NCBI GenBank assembly: GCA_001767525.1
Contig: MELF01000036.1
Coordinates: 136,804-200,803 of the forward strand
DNA: 64,000 nucleotides
From: Acidobacteria bacterium RIFCSPLOWO2_12_FULL_68_19
GTDB taxonomy: Bacteria; Acidobacteriota; Vicinamibacteria; Vicinamibacterales; UBA2999
Reading direction: 5' to 3'
Shown piece after piece: positions 29,611 through 42,353 of this stretch (positions are counted from its first letter, which is position 1; every line of letters starts with the position of its first letter). The translations under genes and the position numbers were made by a program. A model generated the notes under the pieces. That model was not told where the DNA came from, made no database searches, and was given only the letters and a program-made list of their open reading frames with translations.

Positions 29611-30507
29611 ATGAAGTCGGGATTCGTCTCGTTGATCGGCCGCCCCAACGCCGGCAAGTCGACGCTGCTCAACCGCATCGTCGGGCACAAGCTGGCGATC
29701 GTATCCGACAAGCCGCAGACGACGCGAACGCGGATCGTCGGGGTCAAGAACTACGAGGACGCTCAGGTGGTCTTCATCGACACCCCCGGCGTGCACAAGC
29801 CGACCCACCGGATGAACGTGCGGATGGTCGATCTGGCGCTCGAGGCGATGCGCGAGGTCGACGTGCTGGCGCTGGTCGTGGACGTGTCGGCGACGCCCGG
29901 CCCCGGCGACCGGTACCTGCTGTCGCTCGTCAAGGACGTCACGGCCCCGGCCATCCTCGTGCTGAACAAGGTGGATCTGGTGGCCAAGCCGAGGCTGCTG
30001 CCGACAATCGATCGCTACCGGCAGGAGCATCCGTTCGTCGAAATCGTGCCGGTGTCGGCGAGCGACGGTACCAACGTCGACGTGCTGGAACGGTTGTTCC
30101 GGCAGTACCTCCCCGAGGGGGAGCCGCTCTATCCACCGGACTACGTGACGGACCAGCCAGAGACGCTGTTCGTGGCCGAAATCGTCCGCGAGCAGGTCTT
30201 GCAGCTCACCCGCGACGAACTCCCGTTTTCGACTGCCGTCGTCGTCGACCGCTTCGAGGAGGCACCGGCGCAGCAACTGGTGCGGATCTACGGCACGATT
30301 CTCGTCGAGCGCGAGTCGCAGAAGCCGATCGTCGTCGGCAGGCGTGGGGCGATGATCAAGCAGATCGGCACGGCCGCCCGGGTCGAACTGGAACGCTTCT
30401 TCGGCGCCCGCGTGTATCTCGACCTGCGCGTCAAAGTGAAATCGGAATGGCGCGACGACGAGCGGGTGCTCGACGAGATGGGGCTGCAGCCGCGGAACCG
30501 GCGGTAG
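29611..30507 (+). CDS. era: GTPase Era
   Basis: 'GRPNAGKSTLLN', 'DTPG' and 'NKVD', with a C-terminal KH domain. Start at M35 of track ORF 29509..30507. Confidence 0.94.
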   Translation: MKSGFVSLIGRPNAGKSTLLNRIVGHKLAIVSDKPQTTRTRIVGVKNYEDAQVVFIDTPGVHKPTHRMNVRMVDLALEAMREVDVLALVVDVSATPGPGDRYLLSLVKDVTAPAILVLNKVDLVAKPRLLPTIDRYRQEHPFVEIVPVSASDGTNVDVLERLFRQYLPEGEPLYPPDYVTDQPETLFVAEIVREQVLQLTRDELPFSTAVVVDRFEEAPAQQLVRIYGTILVERESQKPIVVGRRGAMIKQIGTAARVELERFFGARVYLDLRVKVKSEWRDDERVLDEMGLQPRNRR

Positions 30508-30621
30508 GCCGCTCCGCGAACGGAATCAGAGGGCCGACGCCAGAGCACCTGTCCGGGCGCCCGACCGCCGGACGGCCGTGCCGTCTCCTCAAAGTACTGT
30601 CAACAGAGCAGTTCTGCGTGC

Positions 30622-30627
30622 TAGATT
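30622..30627 (+). promoter_or_regulatory. -10-like TAGATT upstream of mgtE
   Basis: TAGATT lies 33 nt upstream of ATG 30661. TCAACAGAG at 30600..30608 is shared with the mdh leader. Confidence 0.25.
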
Positions 30628-30660
30628 GAGCTGTTTGCACGTGCCAGACGGACCTGCATC

Positions 30661-32034
30661 ATGGCGGCGCAGCGAAGAATCGATCTTGTTCTCGACTCGG
30701 TCAGGCGACTGCTCCGTATCGGTGCGACCGCCAACCTGCTGAACCTCCTCCAGAAGCAGCATCCCGCCGACCTCGCGCAGGTTCTCGGCGAGCTCGCCGA
30801 TCGCGATCGCCAGGCGACCTTCAGCCTCCTCGCCGACCGGAACGGCCGGCTGGCAATGGAGACGGTGTCGGAGCTGGGCCCCGAAAGTGGGGCGGCGCTG
30901 CTGGCGACGAAATCGGCCGAGGAAATCGCCCGTCTGGCCCAGGAGATTCCCTCCGACGACGCGGCGGCGCTGATCGATCATCTCCCCGAAGAACTGTCCG
31001 CGGCGGTGCTCGAGCTGATGCGCCCGAAGCAGTCGGGCGAGGTCGAGAACCTCCTCGAGTACGACGAGCAGACAGCGGGCCGCATCATGAACCCGCATGT
31101 CTTCGCCCTCGACGAGGACCTGACCGTTGGCGAGGCGATCACCGAGCTGCAGACCAACCGCGATGTCGAGATGGTCTTCTATCTCTACGTCGTCGACGAG
31201 CGCCGACACCTCGTCGGCGTCACCTCGCTGCGCCGACTGCTGCTCGTATCGCCCGAAACGCCGCTCAAGCGAATCATGACGACCGATCTGATCAGCGCGC
31301 GGGTCGACATGGATCAGGAGGAAGTCGCGCGCCAGGTGGCGTCCTACAACCTCCTCGCTATTCCGGTCGTCGACGAGGAGAACAAGCTGGTGGGCGTCAT
31401 TACCGTCGACGACGTAATCGACGTCATCAAGGAGGAGGCGACCGAGGACATCTATCGCCTGGCCGGAGTCGCGGGCGACGAGCGTGCGTTCACCCCGGCC
31501 GGCGAATCGATCCGGAAGCGGCTGCCGTGGCTCGGCGTGAACCTGGCGACGGCGTTCTTGGCGGCGTCGGTCGTGGCGCTCTTCGAGGGGACGATCGAGC
31601 GAATCACGGCGCTCGCGGTGTTCATGCCGATCGTGGCCGGGATGGGCGGCAACGCCGCCACGCAGACGCTGACCGTCATCGTACGCGGCATCGCGCTCGG
31701 CGAGCTGACCTGGAGCAACTCCCGCAAGACGCTCGTGAAGGAAGCCGCAGTCGGCGTCAGCAACGGCGTCGTGCTGGGGCTCGTCGCGGCCGCCGTCGCC
31801 TGGAGCACCCGTGGCAGTCCGGTCCTCGGGCTGATCCTGTGCGCCGCGATGATCATCAACATGTTCGTCGCCGCCACGGCGGGGACGCTCGTGCCGCTGG
31901 GGCTGCGCGCGGCGAACGTCGATCCGGCGCTCGCCTCATCCGTCTTCATCACGACGCTGACCGACGTCTTTGGCTTCTTTTCGTTCCTGGGCCTGGCGAC
32001 GCTCTTCATGCGGTATCTGGCGCCGGGCGGGTAG
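30661..32034 (+). CDS. mgtE: Magnesium transporter MgtE
   Basis: N-domain, CBS pair ('VVDERRHLVGVTSLRRLL', 'PVVDEENKLVGVITVDDVIDV') and a 5-TM MgtE domain. Confidence 0.93.
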   Translation: MAAQRRIDLVLDSVRRLLRIGATANLLNLLQKQHPADLAQVLGELADRDRQATFSLLADRNGRLAMETVSELGPESGAALLATKSAEEIARLAQEIPSDDAAALIDHLPEELSAAVLELMRPKQSGEVENLLEYDEQTAGRIMNPHVFALDEDLTVGEAITELQTNRDVEMVFYLYVVDERRHLVGVTSLRRLLLVSPETPLKRIMTTDLISARVDMDQEEVARQVASYNLLAIPVVDEENKLVGVITVDDVIDVIKEEATEDIYRLAGVAGDERAFTPAGESIRKRLPWLGVNLATAFLAASVVALFEGTIERITALAVFMPIVAGMGGNAATQTLTVIVRGIALGELTWSNSRKTLVKEAAVGVSNGVVLGLVAAAVAWSTRGSPVLGLILCAAMIINMFVAATAGTLVPLGLRAANVDPALASSVFITTLTDVFGFFSFLGLATLFMRYLAPGG

Positions 32035-32037
32035 AAT
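32032..32037 (+). promoter_or_regulatory. -10-like TAGAAT (overlaps the mgtE stop) 12 nt upstream of recO GTG
   Basis: TAGAAT-AGACGTGCCTCT-GTG(32050). Confidence 0.25.
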
Positions 32038-32049
32038 AGACGTGCCTCT

Positions 32050-32703
32050 GTGCCGCTCTACACCGCCGACGCGCTGATCCTCCGCACCTACAAGCTCGGT
32101 GAGGCCGATCGCATCGTCGTCTTCCTGACGCGCGATCGCGGCAAGAAACGGGGTGTCGCAAAGGGAGCCCGCCGCGCGCGGTCGCGCTTCCTCGGCGCGC
32201 TCGAACCGCTCACCGAGGCGCGCGTCGCCTATTTCGAGACGGAGCGGCGCGAGCTGGTGGGCCTCAATTTCGCCGAGCCGATTCGGTCGCCGCTGGCGCA
32301 CGCGCCAGGGGACGGCGCGCTCGGGTACGTCGGGTACTTCGCGGAGCTGCTCGACGAATGGGCGCAGGAGGCCGACGCCGATGAACGGCTCTATCGTCTG
32401 GGCACGTCGATGCTCGGCGCGCTCGCTGCGGGAGCCCCGGTCGAGCCGCTGGCACGCTATTTCGAGTACTGGCTGCTGAGGCTTCAGGGCGTCTACCCGG
32501 AGGCGAAGGGCTCGCTGTCGGACGGCGCCATGGCATTTCTGGCCGCGTCGCGCACGGTGGCGCCGGACCGCATCGGCGGCGCCCCGGCCGGACGTACCGT
32601 GCTTCGGGAGCTCGAGCAGCTCCACCGGGGGCTCATTGCCATGCACCTCGAGAAGACGTTGAAATCCGACCGTGTCCTCCGCGAGCTGCAACGCCGCGGC
32701 TAG
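32050..32703 (+). CDS. recO: DNA repair protein RecO
   Basis: 'ALILRTYKLGEADRIVVFLTRDRGKKRGVAKGARR', with an OB-fold N-terminus typical of RecO. Confidence 0.88.
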   Translation: MPLYTADALILRTYKLGEADRIVVFLTRDRGKKRGVAKGARRARSRFLGALEPLTEARVAYFETERRELVGLNFAEPIRSPLAHAPGDGALGYVGYFAELLDEWAQEADADERLYRLGTSMLGALAAGAPVEPLARYFEYWLLRLQGVYPEAKGSLSDGAMAFLAASRTVAPDRIGGAPAGRTVLRELEQLHRGLIAMHLEKTLKSDRVLRELQRRG

Positions 32704-32721
32704 CGCCACGCATTCAGCGTC

Positions 32722-33642
32722 GTGACCTTCCAGGACCTCATCCTCAAGCTTGCCGCCTTCTGGGCCTCGCACGGGTGCCTGCTGCAGCAGCCGCTCGACC
32801 TCGAAGTGGGCGCTGGCACCTCGCATCCCGAGACGTTGTTCCGGGTGCTCGGACCGAAGCCGTGGAGTGTCGCCTACGTGCAGCCGTCCCGCCGACCCGA
32901 CGACGGGCGCTTCGGCCAGAACCCGAACCGCCTCTTCAAGCATCATCAGTATCAGGTCATCCTCAAGCCGTCGCCCGACGAAGTGCAGCGGATCTACCTG
33001 GACAGCCTCGAGGCCTGCGGCATCAATCCGCGCCAGCACGACATTCGGTTCGAGGAGGACAACTGGGAATCGCCGACGCTGGGCGCGTGGGGCATCGGGT
33101 GGCAGGTGCTGCTCGACGGCCTCGAGATCACGCAGTTCACCTACTTCCAGCAGGTGGGCGGAATCGATCTGTCGCCAATCTCGTGCGAGATCACGTACGG
33201 GCTGGAACGGATCGCCATGTTCCTGCAGCGCGTCGACAACGTGTTCGATCTCGAATGGGGCGGCGGGGTGAAGTACAGCGAGGTGCGGCTGCAGGAGGAG
33301 ATCGAGCAATCGAAGTACGCGTTCGGCCAGGTCGACATGGCGCCGGAGGCGTTCGCCGCGCTGCACCGCGAACTGTTCGATCGGAACTACGGGTTCGCCG
33401 GGCAGTTGCTCGCGTCGGGGCTCGTCTGGCCGGCGCTCGAGCACTGCCTCAAGTGCTCCCACCTGTTCAACGTCCTCGACTCGAGCGGCAGCATCGGTGT
33501 GACCGAGCGGACGACCTACATTCTCCGCATCCGGCAGCTCGCCGTGCGGATTGCCCGGGCCTACGCCGGCCCGCCTTCGTCCGGAGCGGAGGATCGACCC
33601 GCGAGTGCCGGCGACGCGAGCCCGACGCGCAGCGGAACCTGA
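32722..33642 (+). CDS. glyQ: Glycyl-tRNA synthetase alpha subunit
   Basis: '[17 protein letters not shown]', '[20 protein letters not shown]' and '[13 protein letters not shown]'. Confidence 0.96.
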   Translation: MTFQDLILKLAAFWASHGCLLQQPLDLEVGAGTSHPETLFRVLGPKPWSVAYVQPSRRPDDGRFGQNPNRLFKHHQYQVILKPSPDEVQRIYLDSLEACGINPRQHDIRFEEDNWESPTLGAWGIGWQVLLDGLEITQFTYFQQVGGIDLSPISCEITYGLERIAMFLQRVDNVFDLEWGGGVKYSEVRLQEEIEQSKYAFGQVDMAPEAFAALHRELFDRNYGFAGQLLASGLVWPALEHCLKCSHLFNVLDSSGSIGVTERTTYILRIRQLAVRIARAYAGPPSSGAEDRPASAGDASPTRSGT

Positions 33643-33643
33643 C

Positions 33644-35926
33644 ATGGATCGCGAGCTGCTCGTCGAAATCGGCTGCGAGGAACTCCCTGCACACTGGCTC
33701 CCGGCGCTCACGGCGCAGCTGGCGCGCCAGCTCGATCTCCGTCTCAAGGAGTTCCGCCTCACGACGGGAGGTCCCGCCGAGAGCTACAGCACGCCCCGTC
33801 GCCTGACGGCGCGTGTGGCGAAGCTGGCCGAGCGGCAGACGGACCTGGAGGATCTCGTGACGGGGCCGCCCGTCACCGCCGCGTATGCCGCCGACGGCGC
33901 GCCGACGCCGGCGGCGCTCGGATTCGCCCGCAAGTACGGCGTCGAGGTCGCGGCGCTCGAACAGCACGTGACGCCGAAGGGCGCCTATCTGGCGCACCGC
34001 GTGCGGCAGCGCGGGAAGGCGACGGTGGACGTGCTGGCGGACGTGATGACGGCGCTGCTGCGGGATCTGACGGTTCCCAAGCCGATGCGGTGGGATGCGT
34101 TCCTCGACGACGGCAGGGGAGAGCTGCTCTTCGCGCGCCCGATCCGCTGGCTGGTGCTCATGTACGGCGGCCGCGTCGTCCCGTTCGTCATCCGGCGAAG
34201 CGAGCTGGCCGAAGGCCCCAACGTGCAGGAGATCCGTTCGGGCTCGCACACCTACGGCCATCGATTCCAGACCACGAGCGGGAGGGCGGGCCGGGCGATC
34301 AAGATCAAGACATTCGACGACTATCAGGTTCGGCTGCTGGAGAACTTCGTCATTCTCGACCGGAGCGAGCGGGAGTCTCGCATCCGGCGCGAGCTCGAGG
34401 CGCACGCTCGCAGGCTGAGCGGGCGAGTCAGCCTCTCGACGTCGCTCAAGGCAGGCGGCCTCCTGGCGGCGCACTCGTCGCTCCTGCAGGAGGTGCCGGA
34501 CCTGGTGGAATACCCGTCGGTCGTCGCGGGCCACTTCCCGCCCGAGTACCTGCAACTGCCCGACGAGGTGCTGACCACGACGATGATTCACCACCAGCAT
34601 TTCTTTCCCGTGGTCGACGAGGAAGGAAAGCTGAAGTCCGCGTTCCTGGCGGTCATCAACCTGCAGCCCGAGCGGCCCGAGATCATCGCGCGCAACTCGG
34701 AACGGGTGCTCGCCGCGCGGCTGCGCGACGCGCGGTTCTTCTGGGACGACGACCGGACGAGGACGCTCGAATCGCGCATCGATCGGCTGTCGACGATCCT
34801 GTTTCACGGCAAGCTCGGCAGCTACCGTGAGAAGGTGGAGCGCGTGTCGTCGCTGGCGAGGTGGATCGCGAAGGAAGCGCTCGGGCAGCCGGACTCGGTG
34901 GCCGAGCAGGCCGCGCGCGCCGGGCGTCTTTCGAAAGCCGACCTGGCGACCGAGATGGTGCGGGAGCTGACGGAACTGCAAGGCACGATGGGCGGGATCT
35001 ACGCGCGCGAGGAAGGGTTGCCGGAGTCGATCTGGAAGGCGATCTACTTCCACTATTTGCCGATCGGCGTCGAGGCCGACGCCCCGCCCGCGCGGGGGCA
35101 GCTCGGCCAGGCCGCCATCACCTGGGCGGCAGTGTCGCTCGCCGACAAGCTCGATTCCCTCGCCGGCATGTTTAGCGCGGGCGAACGCCCCACGGGCTCA
35201 CGCGATCCGCTCGGGCTGCGGCGTCAGGCGCAGGGCGCGGTCAAGGTGTTGACGGATCTTCCCGAGATCACCGGTCTCACGGCGCGACTGCGCATCGGTC
35301 CCCTCCTGGCGCGGGCGAGCGAGCCGTTCGGCGCCACCGGTCGCGCGGCGTCCCTCGACGACATTGGGAAGGCCCCGAGCGACGATCACGGGGGGCTCAT
35401 GTCGTTCATGGCCGACCGGCTGACGTATCTCCTCGAGCAGCGTGGCTACGACGTGCGCAACGTTCGCGCCGTGCTGCACGGCGGCATCGAGCGGGTCAGT
35501 CCGCTCGAGGCACGGCTGAAGCTCGAAGCGCTGGCGCACATGAGCGCGGCGGACGCGACGCATGCCTCGCCCCTCCACGGGGTTGCCGCGCTGCTCAAGC
35601 GCGTGAAGAACATCACGAAAGGGACGACCGACGCGGGCGGCTGGACGGCGATTCGGGGGCGCCTGGTCGAACCGGCCGAGCAGGCGCTCTGGTCCGAGAT
35701 CGATAGGCGCGCCGCCGGCATTCGCGCGGCCGCCTCGCGCGGCGACTTCCGCGAGGCGTTCGCGTCGATCGTGGCGCTCGAGCCGGCCGTGGCGAAGTTC
35801 TTTGACGATGTGCTGGTGATGGCGGAGGATGAAGGGCTTCGACGGGCGCGGCTGGCGCTCGTGGCGGCACTTCGGGATCTGATTCTGGACATCGCGGACT
35901 TGTCCGAGATGGCGACGGAGGGTTGA
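33644..35926 (+). CDS. glyS: Glycyl-tRNA synthetase beta subunit
   Basis: 'LLVEIGCEELP', 'TPRRLTARV' and 'HQHFFPV'. The ATG lies 1 nt after the glyQ stop (M32 of the track ORF). Confidence 0.94.
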   Translation: MDRELLVEIGCEELPAHWLPALTAQLARQLDLRLKEFRLTTGGPAESYSTPRRLTARVAKLAERQTDLEDLVTGPPVTAAYAADGAPTPAALGFARKYGVEVAALEQHVTPKGAYLAHRVRQRGKATVDVLADVMTALLRDLTVPKPMRWDAFLDDGRGELLFARPIRWLVLMYGGRVVPFVIRRSELAEGPNVQEIRSGSHTYGHRFQTTSGRAGRAIKIKTFDDYQVRLLENFVILDRSERESRIRRELEAHARRLSGRVSLSTSLKAGGLLAAHSSLLQEVPDLVEYPSVVAGHFPPEYLQLPDEVLTTTMIHHQHFFPVVDEEGKLKSAFLAVINLQPERPEIIARNSERVLAARLRDARFFWDDDRTRTLESRIDRLSTILFHGKLGSYREKVERVSSLARWIAKEALGQPDSVAEQAARAGRLSKADLATEMVRELTELQGTMGGIYAREEGLPESIWKAIYFHYLPIGVEADAPPARGQLGQAAITWAAVSLADKLDSLAGMFSAGERPTGSRDPLGLRRQAQGAVKVLTDLPEITGLTARLRIGPLLARASEPFGATGRAASLDDIGKAPSDDHGGLMSFMADRLTYLLEQRGYDVRNVRAVLHGGIERVSPLEARLKLEALAHMSAADATHASPLHGVAALLKRVKNITKGTTDAGGWTAIRGRLVEPAEQALWSEIDRRAAGIRAAASRGDFREAFASIVALEPAVAKFFDDVLVMAEDEGLRRARLALVAALRDLILDIADLSEMATEG

Positions 35927-35929
35927 GGC

Positions 35930-38679
<2,750 letters not shown>

Positions 38680-38683
<4 letters not shown>

Positions 38684-39645
38684 TCAGCATCTACGTCCAC
38701 CGCAACGGCGAGACGTGCAGCGCGCCGAGGGTTGAGCCCGCCTGGCTCGAGCCGGGCGCCGACCTCACGCTGTGGGTGGATCTGTCGGCGCCCGGTGCCG
38801 AGGAGGGGCGCCTGCTGAGCGACGTCTTTCGTTTTCACCCGTTGTCGGTGGAAGACGCGCTGAGCGCCATCCATCATCCGAAGGTCGAGCCGTATCCCGG
38901 CTATCTCTATCTCATCCTGCATGGAATCGATTTCGAGGGACGCCACAGGGGATTTGCCACGCGCGACATCGACTTCTTCCTCGGCCGCAACTATCTGGTC
39001 ACCGTTCACGACGGCCGCTCGCGCAGCATCGCGAAGTGGAAGCAGGTGTGCGATCGCCACGAGCACGCGCTGGCCGAGGGGCCCTCGGCGCTGCTGCACC
39101 GCATCGTCGACACGATGGTGGAGAACTACCGCCCCGAGATCGATGCCCTCGAGGACCAGATCGACGAGCTCGAAGAGATCGCCATCCTCGGCCGCCGCCC
39201 GCACCTCGTCCGGATGATTCTCGGGCTCAAGCGCGACCTGGCGTCGCTCCGCCGGGTCGTCCTGCCCCAGCGGGACGCCGTGGGCCGCCTGGCGAGGCGG
39301 GAGTTCTCGCAGATCAACGACGAGATCACGTACCGGTTCCGCGATGTCTACGACCACTTCGTGCGAATGTCGGAGGAAGCCGCCCTGTTCCAGGACCGCA
39401 TGACCAGCATCCTGGAGGCGCACCTGTCGGCCGTGTCGAACCGCCTCAACGTCATCGTGAAGGTCTTGACCGTCATCTCGACGATCTTCCTGCCGCTCAC
39501 GGTGCTGACCGGGATGTGGGGGATGAACGTCCCGTTGCCGATGTTCCCGGGCGGCGATGCCGCGCAGTTCTGGTGGGTGGCGGCGATGATGGGCGCGATT
39601 GCCTTCGGCATGCTCGCCGTGCTCCGCTGGAAGAAGTGGATGTGA
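38680..39645 (+). CDS. corA: Magnesium/cobalt transporter CorA
   Basis: 'LTVLTGMWGMNV' (GMN motif) and two C-terminal TM helices. The TTG start overlaps the ppdK stop. Confidence 0.92.
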
Positions 39646-39647
39646 AC

Positions 39648-41447
39648 GTGGCTCGCATCGGGGTGCTGCCGGGCGACCTCGCCAACCAGATTGCCGCCGG
39701 CGAGGTGGTGGAGCGGCCGGCGTCGGTCGTCAAGGAGCTGGTCGAGAACGCCATCGACGCGGGCGCGCGGCGGATCGGCGTCGTTGTCGAACTGGGCGGC
39801 AAGAAGCTGATTCACGTTGACGACGATGGCGAGGGAATGGTGGCGGAGGACGTGCGGCTGGCAGTCGAGCGGCATGCCACGAGCAAGATCCGGAGGGCCG
39901 ACGACCTCGCGGGGATCGCCACGCTCGGGTTCCGCGGCGAGGCGCTGCCGGCCATTGCGTCGGTATCGCATTTCCTCCTCCGCAGCCGCGCGCGCGGGAC
40001 CGCCTCCGGCGCCGAGATTCGGGTGAACGCCGGCGCCATCGCCTCCGTCGCCGAAGTCGGCATGCCCGAAGGGACGTCGGTCGAGGTCGCAGATCTCTTC
40101 TACAACCTGCCGGCGCGCCGCAAGTTCCTCAAGTCCGACGCGGCTGAATCGGCGCAGATCTCGCGCATTGTCACGCAGATCGCCCTCTGTTACCCGGAGA
40201 TCGGGTTCACTCTGACGAGCGCCGGCCGCACGGTGCTGGAGTGTCCGCCGGTCGGGGCGTTGCGCGACCGGCTGTACCAGCTCTACGGCGACCGGACCGA
40301 TCTGATCGAGGTGCGCCGCGACACGGGCGAGGTGACGCTGATGGGCTTCGTCGCGGCGCTGGCCGAACAGGGGCCCTTGGGCGAGCCTGGGGGCGGACCG
40401 ACACGCGGCCCGCAGAACGTGTTCGTGAACCGCCGGGTCGTACGCGACCGGACGATTTCGCACGCGATCATCGACGCATACAGCGTCGCGTCCATCAAGG
40501 AGCGCAGCCCCGAGGTGCACCTGTTCCTGTCGATGCCGTACACGGCAGTCGATGTCAACGTCCATCCAACGAAGGCTGAAGTGCGCTTCCGGGACCAGTC
40601 TTACGTCCACGAGGTGATTCGCCGTACCCTCGGAGACGCGCTCGGCCGCGGCCCGGCGCCGGAGTGGCAACTGGAGGGGCCGCGCACCGGAGCGCCCGCT
40701 GCGGTCACGCTCCCGCTGCCGACCGGCTATGCGGCGACGTATCCGAGCCGCTGGACGACGGACGCGGCAGCGTCGACCCCGCCGTCGGACCTTCGCACCG
40801 TCGTCCCCCAGGACGCGCCCTCCCCGCTTCGCCCCCTCGCACCAGGGACCGAGGCGTCCGTGCCGGCGATCCGTCCGATGATCGCGCTCGGTCAGTTCCG
40901 CGACACGTTCATCATCGCGGTCGACGCGGAGGGGATTGCCATTATCGACCAGCACGTGGCACACGAGCGGGTGCTGTTCGAGCGGATTGTGCAGCGGCTG
41001 ACTGCCGGGCGGCTCGAGAGCCAGCGCCTGCTCGAGCCGATGCTCGTCGAGTTGTCGCCCGGCGCGCGTCAGGGGCTCGCCGCGCATGCGGCGGAGCTCG
41101 AGCGCCTCGGGTTCGAGCTGGAGGAGTTCGGCGGCGGAGCGGTGCGCGTCGCCTCCTATCCGACGCTGCTCGGGCGCGAGGACTGCGAGGCGGCGATTCG
41201 CGCGCTCGCCGAGGACCTCGAAGGCCTCGACCGCGGCGCCCCGGTGGAGGAGGCGCTCCGGCGCATCGCGGCGACGATGGCGTGCCACGCGGCGGTGAAA
41301 GCGAACTATCCGCTCACGGCGGAGAAGATGGCGCACATTCTCGCGGAGCTCCGGCAGACCGCCTACTCGACGATTTGCCCGCACGGCCGTCCGGTGATGC
41401 TGCGGCTCACGCGCAGAGAGGTCGAGAAGAATTTTCAGCGAATCTGA
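39648..41447 (+). CDS. mutL: DNA mismatch repair protein MutL
   Basis: 'LANQIAAGEVVERPASVVKELVENAIDAG' and 'GFRGEALPAIASVS', with a C-terminal dimerisation/endonuclease region. Start is uncertain among in-frame GTGs at 39636, 39642 and 39648. Confidence 0.92.
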   Translation: MARIGVLPGDLANQIAAGEVVERPASVVKELVENAIDAGARRIGVVVELGGKKLIHVDDDGEGMVAEDVRLAVERHATSKIRRADDLAGIATLGFRGEALPAIASVSHFLLRSRARGTASGAEIRVNAGAIASVAEVGMPEGTSVEVADLFYNLPARRKFLKSDAAESAQISRIVTQIALCYPEIGFTLTSAGRTVLECPPVGALRDRLYQLYGDRTDLIEVRRDTGEVTLMGFVAALAEQGPLGEPGGGPTRGPQNVFVNRRVVRDRTISHAIIDAYSVASIKERSPEVHLFLSMPYTAVDVNVHPTKAEVRFRDQSYVHEVIRRTLGDALGRGPAPEWQLEGPRTGAPAAVTLPLPTGYAATYPSRWTTDAAASTPPSDLRTVVPQDAPSPLRPLAPGTEASVPAIRPMIALGQFRDTFIIAVDAEGIAIIDQHVAHERVLFERIVQRLTAGRLESQRLLEPMLVELSPGARQGLAAHAAELERLGFELEEFGGGAVRVASYPTLLGREDCEAAIRALAEDLEGLDRGAPVEEALRRIAATMACHAAVKANYPLTAEKMAHILAELRQTAYSTICPHGRPVMLRLTRREVEKNFQRI

Positions 41448-41520
41448 CGCGCCACCGGCGGACACCGCCTTGACTTCTGTCGTCGACGATGGCACCGTCG
41501 TCGGTCGCGAGGCTGAGCAC

Positions 41521-41922
41521 ATGGGTAACAGGCTAGGGCGCACGACCTCGGGCCACGGCATGACCGACTCCATCGGAGCGAGCCAATTGCGGTTTTCAAT
41601 CCTGGAGGAGGAACGCCTTCGAAGATCGATCGCCTACGAAGAAGAACTGCGGCGAACGAAGCCCGACGTGTGGCGAGCGCGCGAAGCGTCGCGGAGGGCC
41701 GCAAGCCGGGAGCTCGCCGAGATCAATCAGCGGCTCCGCGCGCTCGGCCTCGAGCCCTTCCTCCCAGAGCCCTCTCTGTCGCAGCGTCGGCAGAATTTGC
41801 AGCGGCTGGAGCGGCGGAACGCGGCAGAAATTGCCGCATTCCGGCGGCGATCATCGAAAAACGGGCCAAGACCGGGTGGCACGCGGTTGGCTCGTCGTCG
41901 GTCAGGGAGGACCGATGACTGA
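41521..41922 (+). CDS. Hypothetical Arg-rich helical protein
   Basis: Track ORF 41470..41922 (TTG), with ATGs at 41521 and 41560. Moderately high GC3. Overlaps the next gene by 8 nt (ATGACTGA). No recognised family. Confidence 0.45.
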   Translation: MGNRLGRTTSGHGMTDSIGASQLRFSILEEERLRRSIAYEEELRRTKPDVWRAREASRRAASRELAEINQRLRALGLEPFLPEPSLSQRRQNLQRLERRNAAEIAAFRRRSSKNGPRPGGTRLARRRSGRTDD

Positions 41923-42244
41923 CAACGACGATCGGATGACCAGGTTCGAACAGCGGCTCGATGCCCTTGGCGGGGACGTGCGCGTGCTGAAAGACGATGT
42001 AGGCGTGCTCAAGGGCGATGTGCATCGGCTGCGTGTGTTGTACGAGCAGCACGACACGAAGATTCGCACGATTGCCGAGGTGCAGGCCCATCACGGCAGG
42101 CAGCTCGAGGAACACGGCACGTTGCTGCGCGAAATCAAGCAGGAGCTTGCGCCGCTTGGCGACATCCGCGACTTCGTGCACCGCATCGCCGACGAGCACG
42201 AACGGCGCCTGTCGGCGCTGGAGAAACACACGGGAATTCAATAG
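41915..42244 (+). CDS. Hypothetical coiled-coil protein (109 aa)
   Basis: GGGAGG lies 4 nt upstream of the ATG. Heptad-like 'RFEQRLDALGGDVRVLKDDVGVLKGDVHRLRVLYEQ'. No recognised family. Confidence 0.6.
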   Translation: MTDNDDRMTRFEQRLDALGGDVRVLKDDVGVLKGDVHRLRVLYEQHDTKIRTIAEVQAHHGRQLEEHGTLLREIKQELAPLGDIRDFVHRIADEHERRLSALEKHTGIQ

Positions 42245-42353
42245 ACCCCTGTGCGGATGCGTGGCTGCCGAGTCCGGGGCCTGCCGTCGTCGCGTCGACG
42301 ACGGCAGGGTGCAGGGGATCCTGGTCTTCCGGCGGCGGATTCGGAGCACAGCA

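Noticed and set aside
30508-30660. M-box (Mg2+) riboswitch upstream of mgtE.
   Set aside because: The 153-nt region is about the right size, but I could not find the conserved M-box helices or sequence blocks. It contains only a -10-like TAGATT and a shared 9-mer. An Rfam scan would be decisive.
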